A stretch of 64,000 nt of DNA from Abditibacteriota bacterium (GCA_017445025.1 JAFSVJ010000028.1:30707-94706), one strand, 5' to 3'; positions 28,080-37,941 are shown, counted from the first letter of the stretch. Numbers and translations: made by a program. Notes: generated by a model from the letters alone, not told the origin.

Positions 28080-31000
28080 AATTTATAATATTACTTTCAT
28101 CCTTTGGCTGGAATTTTTCTCTTATAAATTGTTTGATATTATCCGGTAAATTATATTTTTCCATTAGTTTTTCATTAATTTTATCGATTGATGAATCCCA
28201 CCAAATTTCTGAAAAATCTTGTCTCGGTATAGCTTGCCAACAAGAGGTGCTATGCTGATTCTTTTTATTTACATATAATAAAGCTCTAAAAAACTGAGTC
28301 ATAAAGTATTTAGCACATTTTTTGACAAGATCTATATCGTCAGAAGGGCACACTTCTAAGTAGGTTTCTAAACATGCTTCGTTGGGATAGGCAATAATAA
28401 TATCTGCAAATTGCCCTCCTAAATGTGTATGTTCTGACATATTCCCCCATGCATATGGAACATAGAGCTTATATTTATTAATATTTTCAATCTTAGGTTT
28501 CTCAGGGAACTTATAAGAGTCAGAAATATACTTTATTTGATTTTTAGGACCATATATTTTTATATTATATCCATTTTGCTTTTTATCTAGTAAATTATCT
28601 TTATAATTAGGTATGGATGAGAACTTTGTTCCTATTCCATATTGATTTCTGTTTGAAATAATATCTACACATTTATTACTTTTCTTTATGCTTTCAAAAC
28701 CATCAAAGTTAGAAATAATATTTGATAAATCTATTATTTCTTGAGGTTTTGAAACTTTGGATTCATATAATAATTTCTTTATATCGGGATTCTTACCTTC
28801 TGTAAATATCTTTTGTTTACCATCTAATTTATTATCAGATCCATATATCCAAAGTATTATATTTGTCCATTCTGCTCCTGCTACTCCAGTAAAGACATTA
28901 TGTCTATTATCTATACACTTAATTTGTTTATCTTCTTTTATTTCCGGTTTATTCATAAATTGAAGATTATTTTTATTTTTTGGTTCTTGCCAACCAACGG
29001 GGAATATTAAAGAGACATATTCCCCTAATATAATAGACTGCAAATAGAAAAATGGATATATTTGCATATGATGACCCATTTGATATGGTGGATTGCCTAC
29101 TATTGCTTCAAATTTCATACTTTTTTTTCCTTTAACTAAACTTGTATTCAAATCTATTTCATTAAATATCTTTTTTTGACATAGTAATTCTTTTACTTTG
29201 TCATAATCTATAGTTTCTTTTTTACCTTTATTCTTTTTTACTTTTAATAAATCGTAAGTATTAAATTTCTCTGCTATATTCTCTATTGGTAACCCCAAGC
29301 ATTCATAGACTTTTCTTGTAAATTCATAAGTTAATGAAGAGGTTGGTATTGAGTATATCATTTTTTTATATTTTTCCTTAGGTATGTTTAACTCTTCATA
29401 TTTTTCAACAATAGCAATAGCAAATTCACCTATTTTGGAAGCTATATCTAATATAGGATTTTTAAAATCATTTATAGGTAAATCTTTTATCATTTCTTTA
29501 CATATACTTTGGGGAGTGACAATTTCTGAAATGCCAAGCCTACTGAATTTAGTTAAAGCAACTTTTGCTCGTTCAATTGGGCTTAGACTGTCATCGTGAG
29601 ATAAGTTATTCATATTTCTTATTTTTTGATCTAAATCACGAATAATTATTGAATTTAATTTGGAATTTAGTTGTTCTAAATTTTCTTTCTTTAAATTAAT
29701 ATTTTTAGCGATTCTTTTATTATCACAAGTATCATCTATTTTAGATATTATATCACTTAAAGTTTTAACTTTACTTTTAGTTAAAAAAGCAAAGATTAAA
29801 ATTCTTGAATAATAAGCTCTGACTTTATCTTCAAAAGCGTCTTTTTCTTTTTTTGGAGGTTCCGCAGATGTGTCGCTTGTATCTCTTTTTTCTTTTGTTG
29901 AAGGGTCTATGTCTTTGCCTTCCCCTTCTCCTTCGTGTGCATTAAAGCTCAATCCTTCTTTAGAATTTAACCCTTTTTCTTTATTGATAAAATCCAAATC
30001 TTTTAATGAGGCATCTATACTAATTTCGTCAACTTCTTCTCTAATCCCCCTTTCCTTTGAGTATTTGCTAACATAATTCATAACATTATCCGGAGTAACT
30101 TTCTCGATTTTATCATTATTGATAACAAACATAGGGGAGAGATCAAAATCTTTTTCAATTCTTTTTTTAATATCACAATCTTTCTCATCTTTAACAACAT
30201 TATATACAAAAGCTTTTTGCTCTTGTAAAGTAAACATTCTATAAGGATTAAAATCTACTAACAGAGTTTGAGGCTTTTTATTATCTTTAATTATATTATT
30301 GTTTTTATCTATAAATATCTTAACATTTTGATTTTGTAATCTAAAAATAGCTTGGTCGTATTCTTGTGGTGAAGATGTATCCTTTAGAAAAATCATTGTG
30401 TCCCATTGTGGCACTGTTGAACCGGTTAACATTCTGTTAACCGTTAAGGTTAAAGTTTTTGAATCTTCTTTTGTTTTTATTTTATTTTTGATAGCATTTG
30501 TATTCTTATATTTATTATCTAAACCGGCAATATTTATAATTTCATAGTCTTTTAGCTTATTAAACTTGCATTTATTATTATTTAATAAATCTTCGAGAGC
30601 GTCACAAGAAGCCTTATATGGTAAAACACAGACTATGTGTTGACACATTTTCCCTTCTTTAATTGGATCATAATTTAAAAAACTAAAAATATTATCGTCA
30701 TCTTTAGAGCCATCTATAGCTTGAAAGAGTTCTAATACTTCTTTCTCAAATTTAAACTTTTTATATTCTCCTTTTTTATCTATACTTTCAGGTCTTAATA
30801 AATCGTTTAATGTTCCTAATTCACCTTTACTTTTTAATTCTTCCATTTTCTTTAAGGAAGATTCATTTGGATTAAAACCAAACCTAATCATTTCCGGGAA
30901 ACCGAAATAGGGATTATCCCATTCTTCTATATTATCTTTATTTAAATTTTTTTTATCCCATTCGTTTTTTGCTTCAATGATATCAGAATATTGATATTTT

Positions 31001-32058
31001 GCTATAATTTTTTCTTCTTCTTCAAATTCACTACTCATTAATATTCTGTAAGGAGTTCCGGATAAATGTAGTTTTATGCTACACTTTAATTTTTTATTTA
31101 TTATTTCTTTAGCTTCATTTGGATCAAAATAGTCTTCATCTTTTCCGGACGGTATTTTTTCACTATATTTTTCTGCACGTGCTCCAAAGTGAGTCTCATC
31201 AATTATCAACAGGTCAATGTTTTTTTCTAATAATTCTTTGTGCTTATCCTTTACATTTTCGCCTTGTAAATCTTGTAAAGTCAGAAAAATCACTACACGA
31301 TTTTTATCTTTCTTATTTAATACTTTTTTTATTTCACCATCTGACTTTTCTAAATCATGTGAAGTTAAAAATTCGTAATCGCTAAAATTTTCAGCACTTT
31401 GGACGGTTTTTCTCCATTCATCTTTAACATCTGCTTTTGCGGAAACAATAACAACTATTTTTGCACAAATAGCTTTTGCACAGCATAAAGCAGTAAAAGA
31501 TTTTCCAAATCGCATTACAGCATACATAAGTAGATTCGTTTTGTAATTAGATACTGCATCTATAAATTTTAGAACAGTCTCTTCTTGATTTGGTCTTAAA
31601 CTCCACGTTCCGGTAGATGCATATTTTGTTTTGATTTTTCCTTTATCTTTTAGGCTATATATATCATACGAATCAGAATTATCTTTTATATGTTGTATTG
31701 CTTTATCTATATCTTCTTCATTTACATTTTCAAAAAATTCATTAGAATAATAAGCTTCATGATTTATTTCTTCTAATTTTTTTTCGGTTAAACGTGTCTT
31801 ATCATTATTTTCTAAAAATTGATGAACAGAATAATCTCTAAAATATTTATCGTTATCTTTTAATACAGCACTGTGTTCAGATAATTTCTCAAGATTCGGG
31901 AATATATCTCTCCATTGCTTAAGTCTAACATTTACTCCTTGGGTTGTGTCACCGACTTTAGTATAATTGGGAATAGTCTCAGTTGTAAATGAATATATAT
32001 ATGGTTCTTTATATCCTGTTATAACTTCATCAATTTTAGTAGTATCAATTTTAGACAT
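28066..32058 (-). CDS. multidomain protein: GIY-YIG-like N-terminus + DExH SF2 helicase (type III res-like) + gamma-class N6-adenine MTase-like domain + C-terminal TRD-like region (Type ISP-like), 1330 aa
   Basis: N-terminus YIYSF...YTKVGDT...R, GIY-YIG-like. Helicase motifs I (RFGKSFTA), II (IIDETHFG) and III (LSGTP). MTase motif X (IVTPQSICKEMI), degenerate motif I (ILDIASKIGEF) and motif IV (IVGNPPYQ). Confidence 0.7.
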   Translation of the reverse strand: MSKIDTTKIDEVITGYKEPYIYSFTTETIPNYTKVGDTTQGVNVRLKQWRDIFPNLEKLSEHSAVLKDNDKYFRDYSVHQFLENNDKTRLTEKKLEEINHEAYYSNEFFENVNEEDIDKAIQHIKDNSDSYDIYSLKDKGKIKTKYASTGTWSLRPNQEETVLKFIDAVSNYKTNLLMYAVMRFGKSFTALCCAKAICAKIVVIVSAKADVKDEWRKTVQSAENFSDYEFLTSHDLEKSDGEIKKVLNKKDKNRVVIFLTLQDLQGENVKDKHKELLEKNIDLLIIDETHFGARAEKYSEKIPSGKDEDYFDPNEAKEIINKKLKCSIKLHLSGTPYRILMSSEFEEEEKIIAKYQYSDIIEAKNEWDKKNLNKDNIEEWDNPYFGFPEMIRFGFNPNESSLKKMEELKSKGELGTLNDLLRPESIDKKGEYKKFKFEKEVLELFQAIDGSKDDDNIFSFLNYDPIKEGKMCQHIVCVLPYKASCDALEDLLNNNKCKFNKLKDYEIINIAGLDNKYKNTNAIKNKIKTKEDSKTLTLTVNRMLTGSTVPQWDTMIFLKDTSSPQEYDQAIFRLQNQNVKIFIDKNNNIIKDNKKPQTLLVDFNPYRMFTLQEQKAFVYNVVKDEKDCDIKKRIEKDFDLSPMFVINNDKIEKVTPDNVMNYVSKYSKERGIREEVDEISIDASLKDLDFINKEKGLNSKEGLSFNAHEGEGEGKDIDPSTKEKRDTSDTSAEPPKKEKDAFEDKVRAYYSRILIFAFLTKSKVKTLSDIISKIDDTCDNKRIAKNINLKKENLEQLNSKLNSIIIRDLDQKIRNMNNLSHDDSLSPIERAKVALTKFSRLGISEIVTPQSICKEMIKDLPINDFKNPILDIASKIGEFAIAIVEKYEELNIPKEKYKKMIYSIPTSSLTYEFTRKVYECLGLPIENIAEKFNTYDLLKVKKNKGKKETIDYDKVKELLCQKKIFNEIDLNTSLVKGKKSMKFEAIVGNPPYQMGHHMQIYPFFYLQSIILGEYVSLIFPVGWQEPKNKNNLQFMNKPEIKEDKQIKCIDNRHNVFTGVAGAEWTNIILWIYGSDNKLDGKQKIFTEGKNPDIKKLLYESKVSKPQEIIDLSNIISNFDGFESIKKSNKCVDIISNRNQYGIGTKFSSIPNYKDNLLDKKQNGYNIKIYGPKNQIKYISDSYKFPEKPKIENINKYKLYVPYAWGNMSEHTHLGGQFADIIIAYPNEACLETYLEVCPSDDIDLVKKCAKYFMTQFFRALLYVNKKNQHSTSCWQAIPRQDFSEIWWDSSIDKINEKLMEKYNLPDNIKQFIREKFQPKDESNIINFDTF

Positions 32059-33124
32059 TATATTTTTCTCCTAATAATGATTTGAATGTAATAACATTTG
32101 GATTCCCTTTTTTTCCATTAGCGAACCAATCTTTGATATAACAATATTTAGGCTCTGTATCAAAGGGAGTTGTTAATTCTTTGTTTTTCTTTAAAAATTG
32201 CTTTTCTAAAAATTTATTATTATCTATTCTTTCTTTTTCAAACGGTGGCATAAAGGTTAAACCATCCATTTGCCATATATTCCATGCTATAATATTAGCA
32301 ATGGTTTTTATATATTGTAAATTCGGTATTTTGTTAAATTTATCAATATAATAATCTATAAAAGTAAATAATATATTTTCTCTTGCTAATAATAAATTAT
32401 CACCTTGATATTCATAACCATAGGTAGACCAAAAAGCTTTTATAGCCCAATTTACCCAATCTTTTTCTTCATTAGTGTTTTCACTTACAACTCTTAACTT
32501 CCTATCCAATAAACCAATTCTTTCTTTTATAGGTATTTGCTCACCGGTTACTGTGTCATATCTACTAACCAAATAAGGAGCTTCTCCACAGGTGATTTCA
32601 AGTCTTTTAGCCCTAACATAATCTTCCCAAGTCTTTTTTGTTTTTGAAAAGTTTATTTTATTTTCTGTAGCTTTCCAACCTTTATCACCAACAGGCACAT
32701 TAAACATATTTTCAACACCAAACCAATCATCATCAATAAGTTTATTTTGTTTATTACAAACCCAAGAAGGAGTAAATACTTCAGCCTTATCTTTTGTTCG
32801 TGCTTGTTGGTTGGATTTTTCTTTATCTATACGAGGTTGAATAATTAAACCGTTAATTGTTATACACTTGATAGTGATAGGACTTTTGGGGTCATAAGCA
32901 TCAGCATTTTCTAATAAATCTTTATATTGAATATAATTATCTGTAGCCCATATAATGTTTTTATTTTCAAAATTATATCTAACTTTAGACATATCAATTA
33001 ACAAAAGTTTCATAACCGACTCACCGAAAAAGTTAAGAATAAATTCTTCAGATATATCTCGTTTGGAACATTCACTTTTTAATATGTCTAATGTTAAGTT
33101 TTGTTTATATTTAATCTTTCCCAT
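32051..33124 (-). CDS. hypothetical protein (357 aa) with FTP ... CGEAPYL ... MPPF signature reminiscent of MTase motifs X / I / IV; first gene of island-2 operon
   Basis: AEVFTPSWV, LEITCGEAPYLV and LTFMPPF. Its stop overlaps the 1330-aa gene start by 8 nt. Confidence 0.45.
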   Translation of the reverse strand: MGKIKYKQNLTLDILKSECSKRDISEEFILNFFGESVMKLLLIDMSKVRYNFENKNIIWATDNYIQYKDLLENADAYDPKSPITIKCITINGLIIQPRIDKEKSNQQARTKDKAEVFTPSWVCNKQNKLIDDDWFGVENMFNVPVGDKGWKATENKINFSKTKKTWEDYVRAKRLEITCGEAPYLVSRYDTVTGEQIPIKERIGLLDRKLRVVSENTNEEKDWVNWAIKAFWSTYGYEYQGDNLLLARENILFTFIDYYIDKFNKIPNLQYIKTIANIIAWNIWQMDGLTFMPPFEKERIDNNKFLEKQFLKKNKELTTPFDTEPKYCYIKDWFANGKKGNPNVITFKSLLGEKYNV

Positions 33125-33289
33125 ATTGAATCTTATAAAAAATAGTTTCTTTTCTCACTTATATTATACCACAAAATTATATAAAAATACCAATATTAAT
33201 TATATATTTGTCACCAAAAAATAATATTCGGAGTTTTGGGACATATTTTGATTTTTTTTTAATATTGAAGGATTGTTATGGAATGGTTT

Positions 33290-33650
33290 CGGTGGTGTTG
33301 TTGGCTTAGATTGTTAGGCTTCTATCTCGCAAGCGAGTGAATACATAAATTTGCAATTCTATGCAAATTTATTCCTGACCACCCACCACAATCCAAATCC
33401 CTAAAAGTTTCGCACGGCCCCCCCACGGGAAAATCAAAGATTTTCCTCGTAGCCCCCCTAAAGGGGGTTCATTGATAGAAAAGCGAAACTTTTTGGGATT
33501 AGGGCAAGCAGTTGTCGTTTTTACAAAAAAGCGATGCTTTTTTGCCGCAATTCAACCTTGGATGAAAGGAATTTGCGGTTGCAAATTCAGTTCAAGGAGG
33601 GTGAGTGCCTACAATTCACCCCCAAACCTATGGTTTAGGGGAGAGAGAGA
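33290..33650. repeat. GC-rich mosaic interspersed repeat copy, related to 48230..48470 (inverted), 60170..60262, 34560..34680, 38380..38660 and 49268..49393
   Basis: tctatctcgcaagcgagtgaatacataaatttgcaattctatgcaaatttattcctgaccacccacc recurs as its reverse complement at 48393..48460. GC palindromes such as cccccaaacctatggtttagggg are present. Confidence 0.6.
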
Positions 33651-34479
33651 TTTTATCTATTTTCTTACAAATGTCTTCTATAATATAGTCCGGGGTGGAG
33701 GCACCGGCGGTTATGCCCACTGTGTCACAGTTTTCAAACATTTCTCCACTTATTTCTTCATCCGTTTCTATATGATAAGTGTGTGGATTCATTTCCTTGC
33801 AAATCTGAAACAGTCTGTTGGTATTGGCACTGTTCTTTCCACCAACCACCAGCATTACATCCACATTAGGTGCCAGATCGTGAGCTGCCGCTTGTCTTTT
33901 ATGAGTGGCATAACAAATTGTATTTGCCACAGTTATTTCATCAGCTATTTGTGCTATTTTACCCACCACTTCACCAAAATACTTTGGGCTGTTGGTGGTT
34001 TGGCTCACTATACCTAACTTTTTCTTTTTAAAATCATATTTATCAACGTCTTCAATGCTTGATATTACAATACAATCGTTATCCGCAGAAGACATTATAC
34101 CCTTAACTTCACTGTGGCCCGCATCACCAACTATTACTATTTTCAGCCCGGCTTTCTTATATTCAACCACTTTCTCATGGACTGCCTCCACAAAGGGGCA
34201 TGTGGCGTCAATAGCCTCAATACCTAAGTTCTCACACTTTTTGAAAAACTCCTTAGGCACACCATGGCTGGGCATTATTATTTTATCATAAAACTTATCT
34301 ATTTCGCTTGTGACCTCAACACCCTTTTCTTTCAAATCTTCCACAACTTGAGGATTATGAATAAGGGGGCCTAAGGTGGCTATTTTCTTGTCCTTATCTT
34401 TGGCATTAGATAGAACTATATCCATAGCTCGCTTTACACCAAAGCAGAAACCGGAATGTTCACTGATTTTGATTTTCAT
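33628..34479 (-). CDS. ispH: 4-hydroxy-3-methylbut-2-enyl diphosphate reductase
   Basis: GFCFGVKRAMDIV N-terminal motif, three conserved Cys regions, and LytB-like length (283 aa). Confidence 0.9.
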   Translation of the reverse strand: MKIKISEHSGFCFGVKRAMDIVLSNAKDKDKKIATLGPLIHNPQVVEDLKEKGVEVTSEIDKFYDKIIMPSHGVPKEFFKKCENLGIEAIDATCPFVEAVHEKVVEYKKAGLKIVIVGDAGHSEVKGIMSSADNDCIVISSIEDVDKYDFKKKKLGIVSQTTNSPKYFGEVVGKIAQIADEITVANTICYATHKRQAAAHDLAPNVDVMLVVGGKNSANTNRLFQICKEMNPHTYHIETDEEISGEMFENCDTVGITAGASTPDYIIEDICKKIDKISLSPKP

Positions 34480-34559
34480 ATTTTATACCAAATACAATTA
34501 TAGCATTAAAGAAGTTTTTGATTTTGCTTCGCAAAATGTGATTTTCTTTGAAAATCACG

Positions 34560-34680
34560 AATTCCCCCCGTCAGTTTCATTCCCAAAAAGTCTTCGCTAA
34601 CGCTTCAACTTTTCGGGAGCCCTTGAAACAATTACGGACTGCCACCCCCCATTTTTCCAAAGAAAAATAGAGGGGCACAT
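34560..34680. repeat. GC-rich interspersed repeat copy (module caacttttcgggaRcccttg)
   Basis: Shares cttcgct ... caacttttcgggagcccttg with 38520..38550 and, inverted, 49296..49320. Confidence 0.45.
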
Positions 34681-34702
34681 TTAGCAGAACCGAATATCTA
34701 CA

Positions 34703-35695
34703 TTAATTTCTTCCTATTATCTTAGGTTTATGGTTTTTGTTCTTTTCATAATCCTTTAAAATCTCTTCAATTTTAGGATCTTCCGCATATTTATCGGACA
34801 CTTCCATTAGGTGATAATCATAAGATTTTATCCTCTTTGTTTCTTCATCTATTTTAAGGTCCAATTTTCCCAACATTACACCTAATTCTCCTGTTTGGCA
34901 TACCAATGTGCCACCTATTTCCCCTTCCTTTGGATCTTTTTTCGGAATAAACCTTGGTTTTGCACGGAAGGTATGGAAATCTCCCTCTATAATAAGATCT
35001 ATTTGGGGAAAAATACCTGCCAAGGCTCCGTCGTGCAAATCTCCGAGGTGGGACAGAAGAATAAAAATATCATACCTCCCGGATAGTTCCTTAAATATCT
35101 TTTCAAGTTCCTCTTTCGGGTCTGTAAAGGTTAAATTCTCACACTCCGGATAGGTTCTACACTTTAAGGTGGTCATTCCCACGCAAGCTATTCTTATATC
35201 CCCTTCATTAATTATAACATATGGCTGAAAAGCTCGTTTTCCCGTCTCATTATCATATACATTTGCTGTTAAGATGGGGAAAGAAGCTTCTTTAATTCTC
35301 TCTCTAAAAAAATCAATGGATTCGGGAGTTCTTTTCTCTTTTTTTGCCAGTTTAAACTCTGCATTTCCGGCTGCCATAGCGTCATATTTTAAATAATTCA
35401 TTATCTTAATCTCAGGCTCACCGTAATATTTCTCATATTCTCCTCTTCCGGAAATATCCCCAATATCAAATAACAAAACTCTGTGGTCTGTGGCTTTTCT
35501 TATATCATTAATCATTGTGGCTCTTCGAGCTGTGCCACCTACGTTCTTGTGTTCTCTGTAGCCGGTTTTATAATCTATGGGATGATGTTGTCCATGGATA
35601 TCGTTGGTATGAAGAATAGTTATATCTATATCCTTATCGGCACAGGCTGACAGACATAAACACAAAACTATTAAAATCAAATAGATCTTTTTCAT
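34703..35695 (-). CDS. lipoprotein, 5'-nucleotidase / UDP-sugar hydrolase-like metallophosphoesterase
   Basis: Signal peptide with Cys (LCLCLSAC). ILHTNDIHGQ and GNAEF metallophosphatase motifs. Confidence 0.7.
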   Translation of the reverse strand: MKKIYLILIVLCLCLSACADKDIDITILHTNDIHGQHHPIDYKTGYREHKNVGGTARRATMINDIRKATDHRVLLFDIGDISGRGEYEKYYGEPEIKIMNYLKYDAMAAGNAEFKLAKKEKRTPESIDFFRERIKEASFPILTANVYDNETGKRAFQPYVIINEGDIRIACVGMTTLKCRTYPECENLTFTDPKEELEKIFKELSGRYDIFILLSHLGDLHDGALAGIFPQIDLIIEGDFHTFRAKPRFIPKKDPKEGEIGGTLVCQTGELGVMLGKLDLKIDEETKRIKSYDYHLMEVSDKYAEDPKIEEILKDYEKNKNHKPKIIGRN

Positions 35696-35806
35696 TTTAT
35701 ATTCCTTTTTATTAAATAATTTATTATTCTCTCAATATTATTATATCATATTTTTACAAAATATACATAATTAAAAAACTCTCCGAAACCATCGGAGAGC
35801 TCTCAA

Positions 35807-37831
35807 TTATTTTTTATAATCCAAAACTATTATTCCATAAGGGGGAATGTGCAAAGGGGTTTGACCTGAACCACACTTAAATTCCCCTTTCTCATTCACA
35901 GTGACAGATGTATAAGGAAAACCTGACTTTTTTTCTACTTTCGTCGGAATTTCGGTAAAAGATAATTTACTCTCTATATAATGATCCTTGGTGTTTATAA
36001 GGGCAAGCCTTATATATTCATCATTTTCAAGAGTAATCACTCGCAAGTCATCTTGCTTTACCCTATCACCATATATATTTACACAATAATCATCCACCAA
36101 AACAGGAGAGGTTTTATACTTCTTCAAAAGCTCTGCCACTTTATTCCAAAAGTCCTCCGTTATGGTCATATACTCAGCCATAAACCAAAAATAAATTGGG
36201 CTGGGAATATCCTTAAACTCATTTGAAACAGAAGGAAGAGAGGTGCAAATATTATTTCCGTTAAGAATAACACATGAAAGATTATAATCTCCTACTCTTT
36301 GGCATACCTGTTCGCTGTTTTCGTAGCCTTCGGAGAAATCTCCAAAAAGAGCCACAACTCCACCTTTATATTCCTTTAAAATATCTAAATTCTTTTGGGA
36401 ATATAAATGAGCATTGGGGACTATTAAATTTTCCTTTAAATTCGGCACATTTTCCACTCGTGCAACAGAAGATATTTGAATATCATAATCTGTTAATAAC
36501 TTTGACACTTGTTTGAAGCCGGGCCATGTTCCATACTTTGGAAACTCGTCCATAAGCCCTTCCATGGTGTCATCACACCAAACCCAAGTGAAATCGGAAA
36601 GTTTGTTTGGACTAAACTCATACCCTAATTGCCATACCGAACGAAGGAAATCCCATTCATAAGACTTTATTCCATCTCCCAGGCATACCATAAAACCGTC
36701 AGCACATCTGCTATACTCTCCGGCTTTTTCTGTATAGTAGAAATTAGATAAAGAAAAGAATTCTCGCTCAAGCCTTGAAGGAGCATGTCGCAGTAGGTCA
36801 TAAGACTCCACCACATCTTTCACACCGTGAAGATAAATCACCTTTGTATTAGGCATCATAGCTTTTGTGTCTGCCAAAGTTGTCAAAAAATCAAAATGAT
36901 AATCGTGTCCGCCATAGATTATTCCGCAATTGGCTGCAACACACTCAACCAGAATATAATCAAGTCCCAACTCGGCAATATCTCTGTAATCTATTCCATA
37001 TATATATTTGGCTTCAAAATCAGCTTTCGTATTGGCAGAATTTATCATAGAAAGTTTGTTATGCTTTTTGAGAACCTTTATTATCTTCTCCCAGCAAACC
37101 TTCCAACGATAACAATAAAAATCTACCCACTCTTTTCTTAGATTTTGCCAAATATAATCCGATCTCTCTTTTAATTTCTCTACATCATATTTAAACTCAA
37201 ATGATGGATCATATAAAGGCTCTTTCAATTCATTGGGGGTATATCCAACCCACATACAAAACTGAGCTATCATATTATCCGAATAATCTGTGACTGATAA
37301 AGCACCACCGGGGCCCATGCAGTCGGGACCGTGATAACCGTCAAAGCCATAATCAACCATAACTCTCTCAAGTTGGCTCACAAAAACATCCTCTGTATAA
37401 GTTCCGTCTTTAAGCCGAGAGATTAACTGCATACCGGGAGTTATTCCTATTGAATTATAAACAATAAGAGCATTATCATCACAGGAAGCCCATTCTGTAT
37501 GATATTTATCAAAAGTGTGAGTGGCAAATACAGAACAAAAAACTTTTATGCCTTTTTTTTGAAGACATTGAACCAAGCTTTTAAGCTCAAAGGAAGTCCA
37601 TTGCTGACGTGCTCTTTCCTCATTCCCGGGATGCCCCTGTCTTGAACAAATATCTCTAAAAAGATTATAATCTTCATCCATTCCCTTGTGCAAAAAAACA
37701 AAATCAGGATGAGATAATAAAAGAGATATTCCATAAGGAGTGTAGCCTATCCTTTCAAGATAAGCATCCACTCCCATGTCTTTTTGTGTATTATCAAAAG
37801 CTAAAAGCTCAGTCCATATAAAATTTTCCAT
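35807..37831 (-). CDS. hypothetical protein, putative glycoside hydrolase (674 aa); paralog of 39503..41419
   Basis: Paralogous N-terminal region (WxELxxFDxxxxDxGVxAY...GxxPxxxSLLL) shared with the 638-aa gene. Both are followed by an ASRT gene. Confidence 0.45.
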   Translation of the reverse strand: MENFIWTELLAFDNTQKDMGVDAYLERIGYTPYGISLLLSHPDFVFLHKGMDEDYNLFRDICSRQGHPGNEERARQQWTSFELKSLVQCLQKKGIKVFCSVFATHTFDKYHTEWASCDDNALIVYNSIGITPGMQLISRLKDGTYTEDVFVSQLERVMVDYGFDGYHGPDCMGPGGALSVTDYSDNMIAQFCMWVGYTPNELKEPLYDPSFEFKYDVEKLKERSDYIWQNLRKEWVDFYCYRWKVCWEKIIKVLKKHNKLSMINSANTKADFEAKYIYGIDYRDIAELGLDYILVECVAANCGIIYGGHDYHFDFLTTLADTKAMMPNTKVIYLHGVKDVVESYDLLRHAPSRLEREFFSLSNFYYTEKAGEYSRCADGFMVCLGDGIKSYEWDFLRSVWQLGYEFSPNKLSDFTWVWCDDTMEGLMDEFPKYGTWPGFKQVSKLLTDYDIQISSVARVENVPNLKENLIVPNAHLYSQKNLDILKEYKGGVVALFGDFSEGYENSEQVCQRVGDYNLSCVILNGNNICTSLPSVSNEFKDIPSPIYFWFMAEYMTITEDFWNKVAELLKKYKTSPVLVDDYCVNIYGDRVKQDDLRVITLENDEYIRLALINTKDHYIESKLSFTEIPTKVEKKSGFPYTSVTVNEKGEFKCGSGQTPLHIPPYGIIVLDYKK

Positions 37832-37941
37832 GGATTAAAACCTCTTAATAACAAGAACTCTTAAATATAATAAGTATTCTAACATAAATAAAAACCCTTA
37901 ATTTTAGATAATTTAAATTAAGGGCAATTATAAACAATCTA

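Noticed and set aside
33440-33480. tRNA-like T-loop (gggggttcattga) in the GC-rich repeat
   Set aside because: It does not fit the GTTCRANYC T-loop consensus, and no cloverleaf with acceptor or anticodon stems could be built. It is part of the repeat-family palindromes.
33472-34017. 181-aa plus-strand ORF overlapping ispH
   Set aside because: It is antisense to a well-supported, motif-bearing ispH gene and has a low-complexity translation. It is treated as a spurious ORF, as are 60433..60933, 55482..55862, 59603..60109, 23889..24221 and similar ORFs inside minus-strand genes.
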